A program made the translations under genes and the position numbers. The notes beneath the pieces are model-generated. The model saw nothing but the letters and a program-made list of their open reading frames with translations. It made no database searches and was not told the origin of the DNA. 64,000 nt of DNA, taken from the IMG/VR virus record IMGVR_UViG_3300005920_000007; one strand, written 5' to 3'. This DNA comes from an uncultured virus (IMG/VR IMGVR_UViG_3300005920_000007) (Duplodnaviria > Heunggongvirae > Uroviricota > Caudoviricetes). This document shows positions 49,990 through 59,213 of the stretch, piece by piece. Each line of letters begins with the position of its first letter. Positions within the stretch are counted from its first letter, which is position 1.

Positions 49990-50694
49990 ATGTCAACCTT
50001 TGAGAAACAATGGGGCACACTTCACTTTTCTAAGTCAGGCTACCCTGCTTTTGTACGCCTTGTAAGAAAAGAGTACAACAATTACATCGCTGAATTACGC
50101 GAAAACGCCTTAAAGATGCACGCCAAACTGGCCAAAATTAAACCTCGCGAGCGCATGCGTGCGTTTGACAGCATGGTCTCTAAGAGCACACTTTACCTTA
50201 ACCCTCCGCGTGAAAGTCACAACTGCCTCGTTTACTCAAACGGCTTTGAGTCATCAGAAGCCGATTTAGACAAACTTCGCGATGAAATGTTTCGCGGCAA
50301 AAATGGCGCGCTGACAAAACCACGCATGGGGAGTTTCCCTACATTAACCAACAAGCAAACTGAGTTTAGCATTGATTGCGATGACGGCACGTTCACGCTA
50401 GAGCAGTGCAGTGACGGCTCAGGGACGCTGCATTGGCTCGTAGAATGGGACAACCATGCCGTTCGAGACGCGCAAAACACCGGTACTTACGGTGTGGTAT
50501 CTGCCGCATTGTCGAAGCACAAATGGAGACGTAACGAAGGGGGGGAATGGTATTTTGAGGATGAGCATTCTCGTGAAGCCGCAGAGGAAAATGGCACAGA
50601 AAGCACATCTGTATCCTCTCGATTCGGGCCGCTAGGCGAACAGATGCATCATGATCGTTTCAACTTGTCTCGCGGCAAACGCAGACGCGCTTAA
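49990..50694 (+). CDS. hypothetical protein
   Basis: Follows repeat copy 49931. Confidence 0.8.
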   Translation: MSTFEKQWGTLHFSKSGYPAFVRLVRKEYNNYIAELRENALKMHAKLAKIKPRERMRAFDSMVSKSTLYLNPPRESHNCLVYSNGFESSEADLDKLRDEMFRGKNGALTKPRMGSFPTLTNKQTEFSIDCDDGTFTLEQCSDGSGTLHWLVEWDNHAVRDAQNTGTYGVVSAALSKHKWRRNEGGEWYFEDEHSREAAEENGTESTSVSSRFGPLGEQMHHDRFNLSRGKRRRA

Positions 50695-50757
50695 CCCTTA
50701 GCAGCAAACACAACGGCACAGCAAAGGGTTGTGCCGCTTACTTCAGCGGGAGGCACC

Positions 50758-50910
50758 ATGGCATTACCGACATTCCATGAACTACTATCACTTGGCATCA
50801 AGACTTACGGTGACGCTGACAGCGAAAGCACAGACGGCATTTATGAATTAAATGGCGACACGTATGTGTTAACAGGCACCACGGTTATTAAGCAAAGTGA
50901 TGTTGATTAA
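50758..50910 (+). CDS. small hypothetical protein (50 aa)
   Basis: GGAGG RBS. Confidence 0.55.
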   Translation: MALPTFHELLSLGIKTYGDADSESTDGIYELNGDTYVLTGTTVIKQSDVD

Positions 50911-50981
50911 TCTCATCACTTGTTGACAACGCTCATCGAATTTGAGATACTATCCTTGTCAACACAACAAAGGTTAATCCC

Positions 50982-51497
50982 ATGAACTCAGCTTACGCAC
51001 AGTCTAATTTTATCTTTTTGCTTCAACTTTCAGGTGAAGCCCTTAATTATGCGCTTGCTGATGCGATGAGATTATCGCCTCGCATTAATACCACAACAGG
51101 CCGTACAGAAGTCCCTGTGACACCAAAGCTTGAAACGGTTATGAGCATGACATTTCCTGAAGCGGAACACGGCAGTATGGTTGAGTTCTCGCCTGCTACC
51201 AATCCTGTCCACGCGGTGATCATTCAAAAGTCGTTCCGCATTAACGCTAAACGCTTTGATGTGACGGGTGACAAATACATTCCGCTTCGTAAAAACAATA
51301 CCACGTTTTCCCCTAACGATTCACGCAAAGCGGCCTACCTGACGGGTGATACGGTCATGGAAGCCACCACTCGCCTTGCGCTAATGCTGACGTTAGGATT
51401 GCATGGCATTAAAAACAACCTCCACGGCTATGATGCAGAAAGCGTGAAAATCAATTTTCGCCCCAGTGTCTTAGCACGCCTTCGGACTTTTTCGTAA
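50982..51497 (+). CDS. hypothetical protein
   Basis: Follows repeat copy 50923. Confidence 0.75.
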   Translation: MNSAYAQSNFIFLLQLSGEALNYALADAMRLSPRINTTTGRTEVPVTPKLETVMSMTFPEAEHGSMVEFSPATNPVHAVIIQKSFRINAKRFDVTGDKYIPLRKNNTTFSPNDSRKAAYLTGDTVMEATTRLALMLTLGLHGIKNNLHGYDAESVKINFRPSVLARLRTFS

Positions 51498-51587
51498 GGC
51501 GAATCGCCCATTAACAAACCGTTTCATGTTGACTTTTTTGCTCAAATTTGAGACAATTTAACTGTCAACACAACCAGAGAGAAAATC

Positions 51588-52073
51588 ATGAGCAAGACCT
51601 TTAATCTTTTCGCGCCCGTTGTATCTGATTTGAACACCGTTGTTCAGCAGAACAAAAATACCGTATCTGTCGCGTCACTTATCAGCATGGCGGCAATCAC
51701 AGCCTTTCAAGCCACTATCAATATGGGTAAACAGGATGTGATCACGAAGGTAGGTAAACTCGACCCTGACTTCATCTTAGCTGAAACACGTCGCCCGCTA
51801 TCGTTTTTTGAACAGGCAGTGGTATATGCGGCAGAAGCGACCATCATGGAAACCCTGTCACTTCACAGCATCACGCCAGATGACAAAATTCGTGATATTA
51901 TCACTGAGCAATGGATAAACGAAGGGGCGTTTTTAACAGCGTCTCGCAGCACCGCAGGGTCAACGATGACAGAGGCAGAGCGTGCCGCTGCACGAGGTCG
52001 CTCTGAAGAAGAAATCCTTGCCGAATTGGCGGCCGCGGAGGGCGGATGTGCGGGCGGTGCATGCACCATATAG
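51588..52073 (+). CDS. hypothetical protein with C-terminal GCAGGACTI tail
   Basis: Follows repeat copy 51529. Confidence 0.8.
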   Translation: MSKTFNLFAPVVSDLNTVVQQNKNTVSVASLISMAAITAFQATINMGKQDVITKVGKLDPDFILAETRRPLSFFEQAVVYAAEATIMETLSLHSITPDDKIRDIITEQWINEGAFLTASRSTAGSTMTEAERAAARGRSEEEILAELAAAEGGCAGGACTI

Positions 52074-52179
52074 AGTACACGTAACCACATCGTACCTTTA
52101 GGTACGTTGCAAGAAACGGCAGCCTGTCATTACACGCTGCCCAATATCGCCATTTTATAACCACCACCAAGGACACACT

Positions 52180-52899
52180 ATGCGTACGTCATTTGTCACC
52201 TTGCTGTTTTCTGTATTTCTATCCACATCAGCGCTTGCTGTTGATGTCGTAAAGAAAAGCAGTAGCGGCATTTGCCACGACACCAGCAGCAACTGGTATG
52301 AAAAAACGAAGAACTTCACAGCCTATGCCACCATGGAGGCCTGTGTTGATTCTGGTGGACGCGCACCGCGCAATTACACCGGCACTAAACCGAAAGATAA
52401 CCTACCGCAAGGCGAACGCTATGATCGCGACGCATGGGAGCACTGGGTGGACGACGACAATGATTGCCAGAACACGCGTGCTGAGGTCTTGATTAGTCAC
52501 TCAGCGACCCCTGTTCTTTACAATAACATTATAAAACGATGTTATGTGACACGCGGTAAGTGGTATGGCGTCTATTCTGGCGAATACTATTATGACGACG
52601 ACGATCTTGATATTGACCACATTGTGCCCCTTGCCTATGCGCATGCGCACGGTGGTGATAAATGGAGCGCCGCTCAAAAGCGTGCTTTTGCCAACGATAT
52701 GGACAACCTTCTCCCTGTTAGCGCATCATTAAACAGGCAGAAATCTGCAAAAGGGCCGACTGACTGGATGCCGCCTTATCAACCTTACCGCTGCGAGTAT
52801 TTAGGTGAGTTTGACGGCATTATGAAAAAGTACTCTCTTGAGTATTTCCCTCACGAACTGCGCGTCATCAATAAAATGAAAAGCGCCTGCAATATGTAA
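52180..52899 (+). CDS. secreted HNH endonuclease (DUF1524-like)
   Basis: Signal peptide; DIDHIVPL, FAND..NL, NRQKSAKGP. Confidence 0.88.
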   Translation: MRTSFVTLLFSVFLSTSALAVDVVKKSSSGICHDTSSNWYEKTKNFTAYATMEACVDSGGRAPRNYTGTKPKDNLPQGERYDRDAWEHWVDDDNDCQNTRAEVLISHSATPVLYNNIIKRCYVTRGKWYGVYSGEYYYDDDDLDIDHIVPLAYAHAHGGDKWSAAQKRAFANDMDNLLPVSASLNRQKSAKGPTDWMPPYQPYRCEYLGEFDGIMKKYSLEYFPHELRVINKMKSACNM

Positions 52900-52925
52900 A
52901 CGCCAACACGTTTATTATATGCAAT

Positions 52926-52953
52926 AAAAAAGCGCCAAATAAGGCGCTTTTTT
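52926..52953. terminator. Bidirectional terminator
   Basis: AAAAAAGCGCC/GGCGCTTTTTT between convergent genes. Confidence 0.85.
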
Positions 52954-52974
52954 AATTTTTGTCCCTTGTCGGCA

Positions 52975-53355
52975 TTAGCACAGCAGGTCGACAACAACGG
53001 CCAATCGACGCTTCTGCTCATTCAATGCTTCCGCAATAGCAACCAGTTCATCGTCGGCATCCGCCAACTGAGCAAGCGTTACGATTCGCTTTGTGTGCTC
53101 TGCAATACTATGCGACAATTCCGACTTCATTGTTTCGAGGTCGGCCTTTGATGGTGTAGACGCATTAACCTTTGAAGTGAGCGCCTGCATATCAACACCT
53201 TTTAACGTTCTGCCGATATGAATGTTACCCGACAGTGGGTTTAAGGCATTGCTAAAATAGAAACCATGCTTATTCTTTCTGAGCGTTAAATGCATGGCTT
53301 TTTCTTTTGTGATAAGCGCACTTAAATGCACTTGTGTTACCGTGACTTCAGACAT
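52975..53355 (-). CDS. hypothetical coiled-coil protein
   Basis: AAGGAG RBS. Confidence 0.7.
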   Translation of the reverse strand: MSEVTVTQVHLSALITKEKAMHLTLRKNKHGFYFSNALNPLSGNIHIGRTLKGVDMQALTSKVNASTPSKADLETMKSELSHSIAEHTKRIVTLAQLADADDELVAIAEALNEQKRRLAVVVDLLC

Positions 53356-53430
53356 TGCTTTTCTCCTTGGTGGTGAAGTTAAATTATACCACCATATGAC
53401 CTATTTTCCAATTGCTTTTGCCCTTCTTAT

Positions 53431-54045
53431 TTAGCGCGACGTTAATACGTCATACTCTAAACTGTTCCTCACAATGCTGCCCATGATCTCAGCAACATCA
53501 ACCAGGCCTTGCTGCTCAAGTGTCACCAGGGCTTCTTTTAACAAGGGGTGGTTGGCCAGCTCTCGCGCATCATCACTTAACGCCTCTGCGGTAGACTCGT
53601 GCGCGTCAGCGGGCACATCGCTCATATCATCCACTTGCTGTGCGTCCAATATGTTTGATGACACTTGTGATTTCCACATATTTATTTTTTGCTCGCATGC
53701 TTTCAATGCATCATTTGGCGCATCTTCATCGCTATGCTTCTGTTGAAATACATGCGCTTTAGGGGGGAGGGCGGCCAGCACGTCTGACGCCCTAACCTCG
53801 TGTGTATCGTCAAGTAACGCCCCCGCTTTCGCTTGGATTTTTAGCCAGTTGTACAGGCCATCAATAGCCGCAGAGGGAGCAATCACCGGTGCCGGTGTTA
53901 ATTGATTGGTTAGTATCGCAATATCAGCACAGTTTTGCCCTTTTGCGATGGCGCTTCGCAGTCGCGTGGCGGGCATCTTCGTGTGCTGCGCAGTGTCTTT
54001 TGAAAATTGGTCGAGTGAATGTTTGCTATCAATAATAATAAACAC
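53431..54045 (-). CDS. Leader-associated family protein G
   Basis: GAGGA RBS, GTG start; paralog of 1712-2383. Confidence 0.8.
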   Translation of the reverse strand: MFIIIDSKHSLDQFSKDTAQHTKMPATRLRSAIAKGQNCADIAILTNQLTPAPVIAPSAAIDGLYNWLKIQAKAGALLDDTHEVRASDVLAALPPKAHVFQQKHSDEDAPNDALKACEQKINMWKSQVSSNILDAQQVDDMSDVPADAHESTAEALSDDARELANHPLLKEALVTLEQQGLVDVAEIMGSIVRNSLEYDVLTSR

Positions 54046-54258
54046 AATAATATCCTCTTTGTCGTCGGTATAAGGTGATGAGTTCGGCCATTGCCCAACA
54101 ACCGACTAAAAAGTCATATTGTGGTTGATGCAAATAGTGGTTGATGCAGTTTACCTTACTCAGGCAGACCATAAGACAGGTCGGCGAGTGGCCGTAGAGG
54201 GATGCCGTCCCAAGCACCGGCTTATCAGATGCATAACATGCAAATGGGCAGCGCTATG
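54046..54258 (-). ncRNA. Structured leader G
   Basis: Promoter TTGACA(54293)-N17-TATTAT; CGGCCA (54194-54189) pairs with TGGCCG (54090-54085) inside hairpin GTCGGT/ACCGAC. Confidence 0.7.
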
Positions 54259-54301
54259 GTGAAAATAATATCAACATCAACCTGTGCTGTCAACATAAAG
54301 C

Positions 54302-54330
54302 AAAAGGGCTGCAAGCGCAGCCCTTTTTTT
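54302..54330. terminator. Intrinsic terminator
   Basis: AAAAGGGCTGC/GCAGCCCTTTT. Confidence 0.8.
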
Positions 54331-54339
54331 GATCACCCA

Positions 54340-55110
54340 CTAACTCGAAAGCGTAACTAAAAAACATCCTTCTGGAATATCATCACGTGGTACCACAGCA
54401 AGGCCTGATGTCGTTTGGATGTCATGAAAACAAGCCAAAAACCCAGTCTTATTACGCAGCGTTTCCATAACATCTTCGCTGCTTCCATCGAAACCAACAG
54501 GGACATGAATGGCGACGACAGAGTAAACGTCCTGAATGCGGTCGATCACATGCTCTTCAAATTGGTCAATAGCGCCGATGTTTACTTTATCTGCACCCAT
54601 AAGTGTGGTTGAACTTGCATCTGGCATCACCCACTCTTCATTGGTGTTTTCATTAATATAAAGCGTAAAGCGCTTCGTATCACTCGTTTCAATAATATCT
54701 TGCATGGCGTATTCTGCCATGCAGTGAACGGTTACATCACCCAATAAACTCTGCTTGAATTGCTGTTCGCCATTCGGGAAGCCGATAAGTTTTAAGGTAA
54801 TATCGCGGAGGCGGTCTCGCCCTTTACTTTTATCCGTATTTATCGTGATATCGAGTGTGTCAGCAAGGATGCGCTTGACGTGCTCCTCAGTGACACAAAG
54901 TGACGCTTCGTCTTTTACCTCTGCCATAGGGTTGTTGACATAAGTGTTAACTTCACCTTTTACGACAGGGTACGCCAAGCATGAGCAAAGGGGGCATTCG
55001 CAGGTTGTGAAAGACTGACCGCTATCGAAGCGCTCACTTGCACGTCTTACAGCATTAAATTCGCTTTCATTTTGCGTAAAGTTACAGTTATCGCAGCGAT
55101 AATACATCAT
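54340..55110 (-). CDS. Leader-associated family protein H with N-terminal Zn ribbon
   Basis: CDNC...CPLC; motif GRDRLRDITLKLIGFPNG; start corrected to follow the GAGGA RBS. Confidence 0.8.
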   Translation of the reverse strand: MMYYRCDNCNFTQNESEFNAVRRASERFDSGQSFTTCECPLCSCLAYPVVKGEVNTYVNNPMAEVKDEASLCVTEEHVKRILADTLDITINTDKSKGRDRLRDITLKLIGFPNGEQQFKQSLLGDVTVHCMAEYAMQDIIETSDTKRFTLYINENTNEEWVMPDASSTTLMGADKVNIGAIDQFEEHVIDRIQDVYSVVAIHVPVGFDGSSEDVMETLRNKTGFLACFHDIQTTSGLAVVPRDDIPEGCFLVTLSS

Positions 55111-55310
55111 CGTATTCCTCATAGTATGACAGGTTGCGTCTACGTTCCTCAACTTGTCACGTATCGTGAACAAGTATGATGTTTTTTGCGTCATCGTAAA
55201 TGGATGTTTGCGTTGCGTTATCAGCACTGCGTTATGCAGTTGTAGACGAGCCAAGGCCGCCGCCTCACATACACCACCATCAACCAATTGGTGTGGCGTC
55301 ATACGTGTTA
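55111..55310 (-). ncRNA. Structured leader H
   Basis: Promoter TTGACA(55344)-N17-GATAAT; CGTCTAC (55248-55242) pairs with GTAGACG (55143-55137) after GGAAC in hairpin TGACAAGTTG/CAACCTGTCA. Confidence 0.7.
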
Positions 55311-55440
55311 AGCCTATTATCCATAAATCTTGGAGTGTTGTCAATGGGTTTATTTTTAATAAGGTTTTCTTTTTATGCTTGACAACATACTCAGGTTTTG
55401 AGACACTGTATCTGTCAACACAACAACTCAGGACGCCATT

Positions 55441-55914
55441 ATGACGACCCCAACATCTACCATTGCACCGTTTGTTATTCCTGCGAACATTATCGCATCA
55501 CTGCCAGATTACAGTGATGTCAGTGACACACTGCCATCCATGCAGAGCGAGCTACTTAACGCTGATGCGAATTTAAAGCTTGATGCTGATGCCGCAATGA
55601 CCATTGCTATGAAAATGGGCGATGAAGCTAAAGGTCTACTTGATTGGACGCTGCTTGGGGCGTGCGGGTGGACGTTGAGCACGTTAGATGCGAAAGCTAA
55701 GAGTCGTTTCGTCGACTGGACTGAAGTTATGATAGACGCTATCACCAGCGACGACCAATGCCCGCTTAAAGAGACCGGCAAGGTTATTCTTCATTGGTCT
55801 GAAGCGGCACCTGCATCACGTGCAGCAGTAGATGCGTTTTACGTAGCGCTAATGGGGAAACCATTGACGACGCTGTTCAACGAAATTAACGCTGAAATCA
55901 GCAACGCACACTAA
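55441..55914 (+). CDS. hypothetical protein
   Basis: Follows repeat copy 55379. Confidence 0.8.
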   Translation: MTTPTSTIAPFVIPANIIASLPDYSDVSDTLPSMQSELLNADANLKLDADAAMTIAMKMGDEAKGLLDWTLLGACGWTLSTLDAKAKSRFVDWTEVMIDAITSDDQCPLKETGKVILHWSEAAPASRAAVDAFYVALMGKPLTTLFNEINAEISNAH

Positions 55915-55967
55915 TAACGAGTGGTGCAAGGTGCGATGGCGCCTTGCATCAACGAGGACGATTTGTC

Positions 55968-56405
55968 ATGAAAATGAAGCTTATTACTTACACCCGAAAG
56001 ACGACCATTGAGAATCTTAATACGCTCATCAAAAAAGGCCGCTACACCTTTCCGGCTGATGTGGCAGACATCAAGGACTTGTCGCTGATTGCTACCGCCG
56101 CCGTCGAGATGATTGCATCTAGCATCGATCTTCCTCCGGCATTGGCCATTGAGGACGACAATGGTTATTTTCACTTCATTGCGAATTACCAGACACTTTA
56201 CGCGTTAACAGCGTTCCTCAACGGCAATATCACGCTCACTGAAAGCGTTATCGATGACAGTGTCAGTAATATGAAAGCTGATGAACTTGATTTACATCTT
56301 TATGAGCGCATTGTCGACAAGTACTTCACTGTATCTTCATGTCTTGGTAAAAACCTTGTGGAGCCTGAAGTAGAAGAGCTTGTCCGCCGTTACAATTTAC
56401 TTTAA
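55968..56405 (+). CDS. degenerate DUF262/ParB-like domain protein
   Basis: VEMIASSIDLPPALAIEDDNGYFHFIANYQTLYAL resembles DUF262 but lacks DGQQR. Confidence 0.5.
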   Translation: MKMKLITYTRKTTIENLNTLIKKGRYTFPADVADIKDLSLIATAAVEMIASSIDLPPALAIEDDNGYFHFIANYQTLYALTAFLNGNITLTESVIDDSVSNMKADELDLHLYERIVDKYFTVSSCLGKNLVEPEVEELVRRYNLL

Positions 56406-56481
56406 ATCACGGAAGGGCGAGATATCATTTTCGCCTTTCCTTCACTACAAATTAACCCCCCACCACCACGAAGGGAAGAGT

Positions 56482-56979
56482 ATGAAAACTGTAAATGTAG
56501 GCTATCTGGGTATTACCATTTCACACTGTGAAACAAACAAAAACAATGCCTCAATATCATCTAACATGAAGATGAAAAACACGGAAGGCAATGCAGCATT
56601 TAACCTTGCCGTCGCGCACCTTGAGTCGCTTATTTTAGGTCACTTTATCGCAGGTGTAGATGTGACTTCACAAGATTACCAGACGGGCGTGATGGCCATG
56701 TACGAATCGCTTAAAGACTTGGCTGAAGATCTTCATGATGAAAGCGGCAATGGTATCGTTCGCGTGCAAAAATACTGTCGCGTTAACGCCATTGTTGATC
56801 AAAGCATCACCTACGACATTAAGAAGTCAGATTGGACAGCATCACTTGACGAGCATGGCGACGAAAAAGACGCGTTGGATGCGCTCATCAGCGACAAGCG
56901 TGTGACTTGCACTCTCATTGACAACGACGTTGATGAAGTAAATGCCGAGTTTGATGTTAATGTCGAGCGCTTGAGCTAA
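56482..56979 (+). CDS. hypothetical protein
   Basis: AAGGGA RBS. Confidence 0.75.
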   Translation: MKTVNVGYLGITISHCETNKNNASISSNMKMKNTEGNAAFNLAVAHLESLILGHFIAGVDVTSQDYQTGVMAMYESLKDLAEDLHDESGNGIVRVQKYCRVNAIVDQSITYDIKKSDWTASLDEHGDEKDALDALISDKRVTCTLIDNDVDEVNAEFDVNVERLS

Positions 56980-57065
56980 CTTGTGTTGTGGCACGGCAAT
57001 AAAAACATTGACAACTCACACAGCATTTGAGATACTGTTCCTGTCAACACAACAGGAACTTTATT

Positions 57066-57506
57066 ATGGATGCCAACTGCTACCACTTACGCTATGTCGA
57101 TACTCGTGATGGGCTTCAGCCACCGCAAGGTGCGGAACTGTACAATCAGCTCAATGGTGCACCGCTACATGCAGGCGATAAGCTCATTATGCAGGATGGA
57201 CAGCTGCTGGCGAAGGTGGTTAGCAACCTAACCGACTTCACCGAAGATTTAACACAGGAGCAGTGCGACGACATTTTGTCTACCGCACCAATGCTGGTGG
57301 TCTGTCAGCGAAACACGGGTGGCACGGTAAGCTTCACACGACGCGCGTACGCCGAGCGTCAAGTGATGACTGCCGACGGTGTTATCATGTCACAATATCT
57401 CGTTAAAGCCTTTGGTGAGGCGGCATGGGTAAACAAAGGTCGCTTGGAAATTCTCTTCAATGAGTGGCAGTATCAGTCGGAAAAAGAAGCAGGTCGGGTG
57501 ATTTAA
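57066..57506 (+). CDS. hypothetical protein
   Basis: Follows repeat copy 57008. Confidence 0.75.
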   Translation: MDANCYHLRYVDTRDGLQPPQGAELYNQLNGAPLHAGDKLIMQDGQLLAKVVSNLTDFTEDLTQEQCDDILSTAPMLVVCQRNTGGTVSFTRRAYAERQVMTADGVIMSQYLVKAFGEAAWVNKGRLEILFNEWQYQSEKEAGRVI

Positions 57507-57578
57507 ATCATCTGACCGCTTGACAACGCACACTGATTTTGAGATACTAACCCTGTCAACACAACAGAGAGATTTACC

Positions 57579-57971
57579 ATGAACGCACTGACTCACGCAC
57601 AACGTCAATTTATCGATACCTTTGAGGGCGAAAAACGCGACCAAATCACCGACACACTTTCGCGCGGCGAAGTGCTTTTTGCTGAGGTTGTCTTTTGTAT
57701 GTGCGGCCAATACGCAACAGGCTCTTTAGGTGATGTCGAGGATGCCATTCCTGCCCTTGATGTACGCAGTGAAATCGAAGCATGTATCGCTGAAAATGTA
57801 GAAGAATATGAGCGTCAAATCCGTGAGGGTGAACGCGATGAAGATGACGAGTGGGAAGGTGAATTGATGGCTGTTCGCTGGAATAGTGATGACACGCTGT
57901 CATTCTACACACCGGAAGATCTTGATGAGGAAATCACTCGGCAAACACTGGCTGAAGTGTGCGGCCATTAG
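57579..57971 (+). CDS. highly acidic protein
   Basis: Follows repeat copy 57520. Confidence 0.8.
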   Translation: MNALTHAQRQFIDTFEGEKRDQITDTLSRGEVLFAEVVFCMCGQYATGSLGDVEDAIPALDVRSEIEACIAENVEEYERQIREGERDEDDEWEGELMAVRWNSDDTLSFYTPEDLDEEITRQTLAEVCGH

Positions 57972-58041
57972 GTCGCCTCAGTATCGGCTCTTGGCATTAT
58001 CTGCAACACAGTTCGCAACCGCTTTAATGCTAATTTTTGTA

Positions 58042-58093
58042 CCTTGGTGATGTGCTGACACACTCACCTCAGCCCGCCATGTGCGGGCTTTTT
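58042..58093 (+). terminator. Conserved hairpin plus terminator, copy 1
   Basis: CCTTGGTGATGTGCTGACACACTCACC...GCCCGC/GCGGGC-T tract. Confidence 0.7.
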
Positions 58094-58197
58094 CTTATCT
58101 CACCGCACATCAAAAACCTTGACAACACTCGCAGCTTTTGAGATACTAACTTTGTCAACACACATCGCCCCAGCGATAACAAATAAGGTTAACATTT

Positions 58198-58425
58198 ATG
58201 CCCACTCATCCATGTAGCGTCAATGATGCCATCAACACCTGTGCAGGCGAGCTCCCAGAGGGCTGGCGAGTGCGACTTGATATTGAACTACACGGCTCAG
58301 GCATGTCCATCATCGATCCGGATGGCAATGAACACGATTTTGACAGCGGAGGCGAAAGCCTCGCCGATGATTTTCTTTACGCCCTTGAGCTGGCGAAACA
58401 AAAAAACAACAAGGAAAAACCATGA
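58198..58425 (+). CDS. small hypothetical protein
   Basis: Follows repeat copy 58119. Confidence 0.75.
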   Translation: MPTHPCSVNDAINTCAGELPEGWRVRLDIELHGSGMSIIDPDGNEHDFDSGGESLADDFLYALELAKQKNNKEKP

Positions 58426-58850
58426 TAGAGAGCACCTCTCGATGCATCGCATGCATCACCGGCACCGCGTTTCGCGTCAGCGGCATCACTGAAGATGATG
58501 CCAACAACGGCAAGCTTATGTTTTTTTCGCCTAGCGGCAGCAGCATTTTCATTCAATATGAGAATCTGATTTACCAATTAGTCGTCCTCAACGATGAGTC
58601 TGAGTATGATTGGTTAAACCCCAGCATCCTACGGGTAAGAAACTTTAATCTTGGCGGAGAACCCTCTGATGAGGCCAAAAAGGGCATTACCGCCGTCTGG
58701 CAAAAGGGGCTTGATGTGTGGGTTCGAGAGGTGGCTGACAAAGATAATGACGCGTACCTTCCGACACCACTACGCAACCGATTGTCGACATTAATGAAAG
58801 AAGAAATTGCCGCGTTAAGAAAACAGAAACGTCATCGCGCAGGCGCATAA
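58422..58850 (+). CDS. hypothetical protein
   Basis: ATGA overlap. Confidence 0.75.
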   Translation: MIESTSRCIACITGTAFRVSGITEDDANNGKLMFFSPSGSSIFIQYENLIYQLVVLNDESEYDWLNPSILRVRNFNLGGEPSDEAKKGITAVWQKGLDVWVREVADKDNDAYLPTPLRNRLSTLMKEEIAALRKQKRHRAGA

Positions 58851-58919
58851 CAGACCTTTTTCTCATTCACATTGCGCCCATTGCTTGATGCGTGGGCACA
58901 ACCGCACCGGAGCATCATT

Positions 58920-59213
58920 ATGCAACTTTTTGGCACCCACACAACAGAATTTGAAAACAATGACTTTATGCTACTTAATTATGCAGCGTTATGCACGACA
59001 CAACGTGACATTGTTTTTATTACCAGTAACGAAATAGACGCTCAAGAGCCTACTGGTGATATTGTAGGTGAATCTGTTGATGTTGAGTTCAATAATCAGT
59101 GTTTTTCGTTCGAGTGTGACCAAGGTTCGCTCACACAGCAAGGGCAAGCTGACTTTGACAATTTTCTCAACAGCACGCTATTTCCTGCTATCAAAAATGG
59201 AGCCCCCCTCTAA
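58920..59213 (+). CDS. small acidic protein
   Basis: GGAG RBS. Confidence 0.7.
   Translation: MQLFGTHTTEFENNDFMLLNYAALCTTQRDIVFITSNEIDAQEPTGDIVGESVDVEFNNQCFSFECDQGSLTQQGQADFDNFLNSTLFPAIKNGAPL

Noticed and set aside
1510..55310. Leaders as known riboswitches, tRNAs, retron msr-msd or type III antitoxin repeats
   Set aside because: No recognisable aptamer consensus or cloverleaf, no reverse transcriptase, and no tandem repeats or ToxN-like gene. An Rfam search is still needed.
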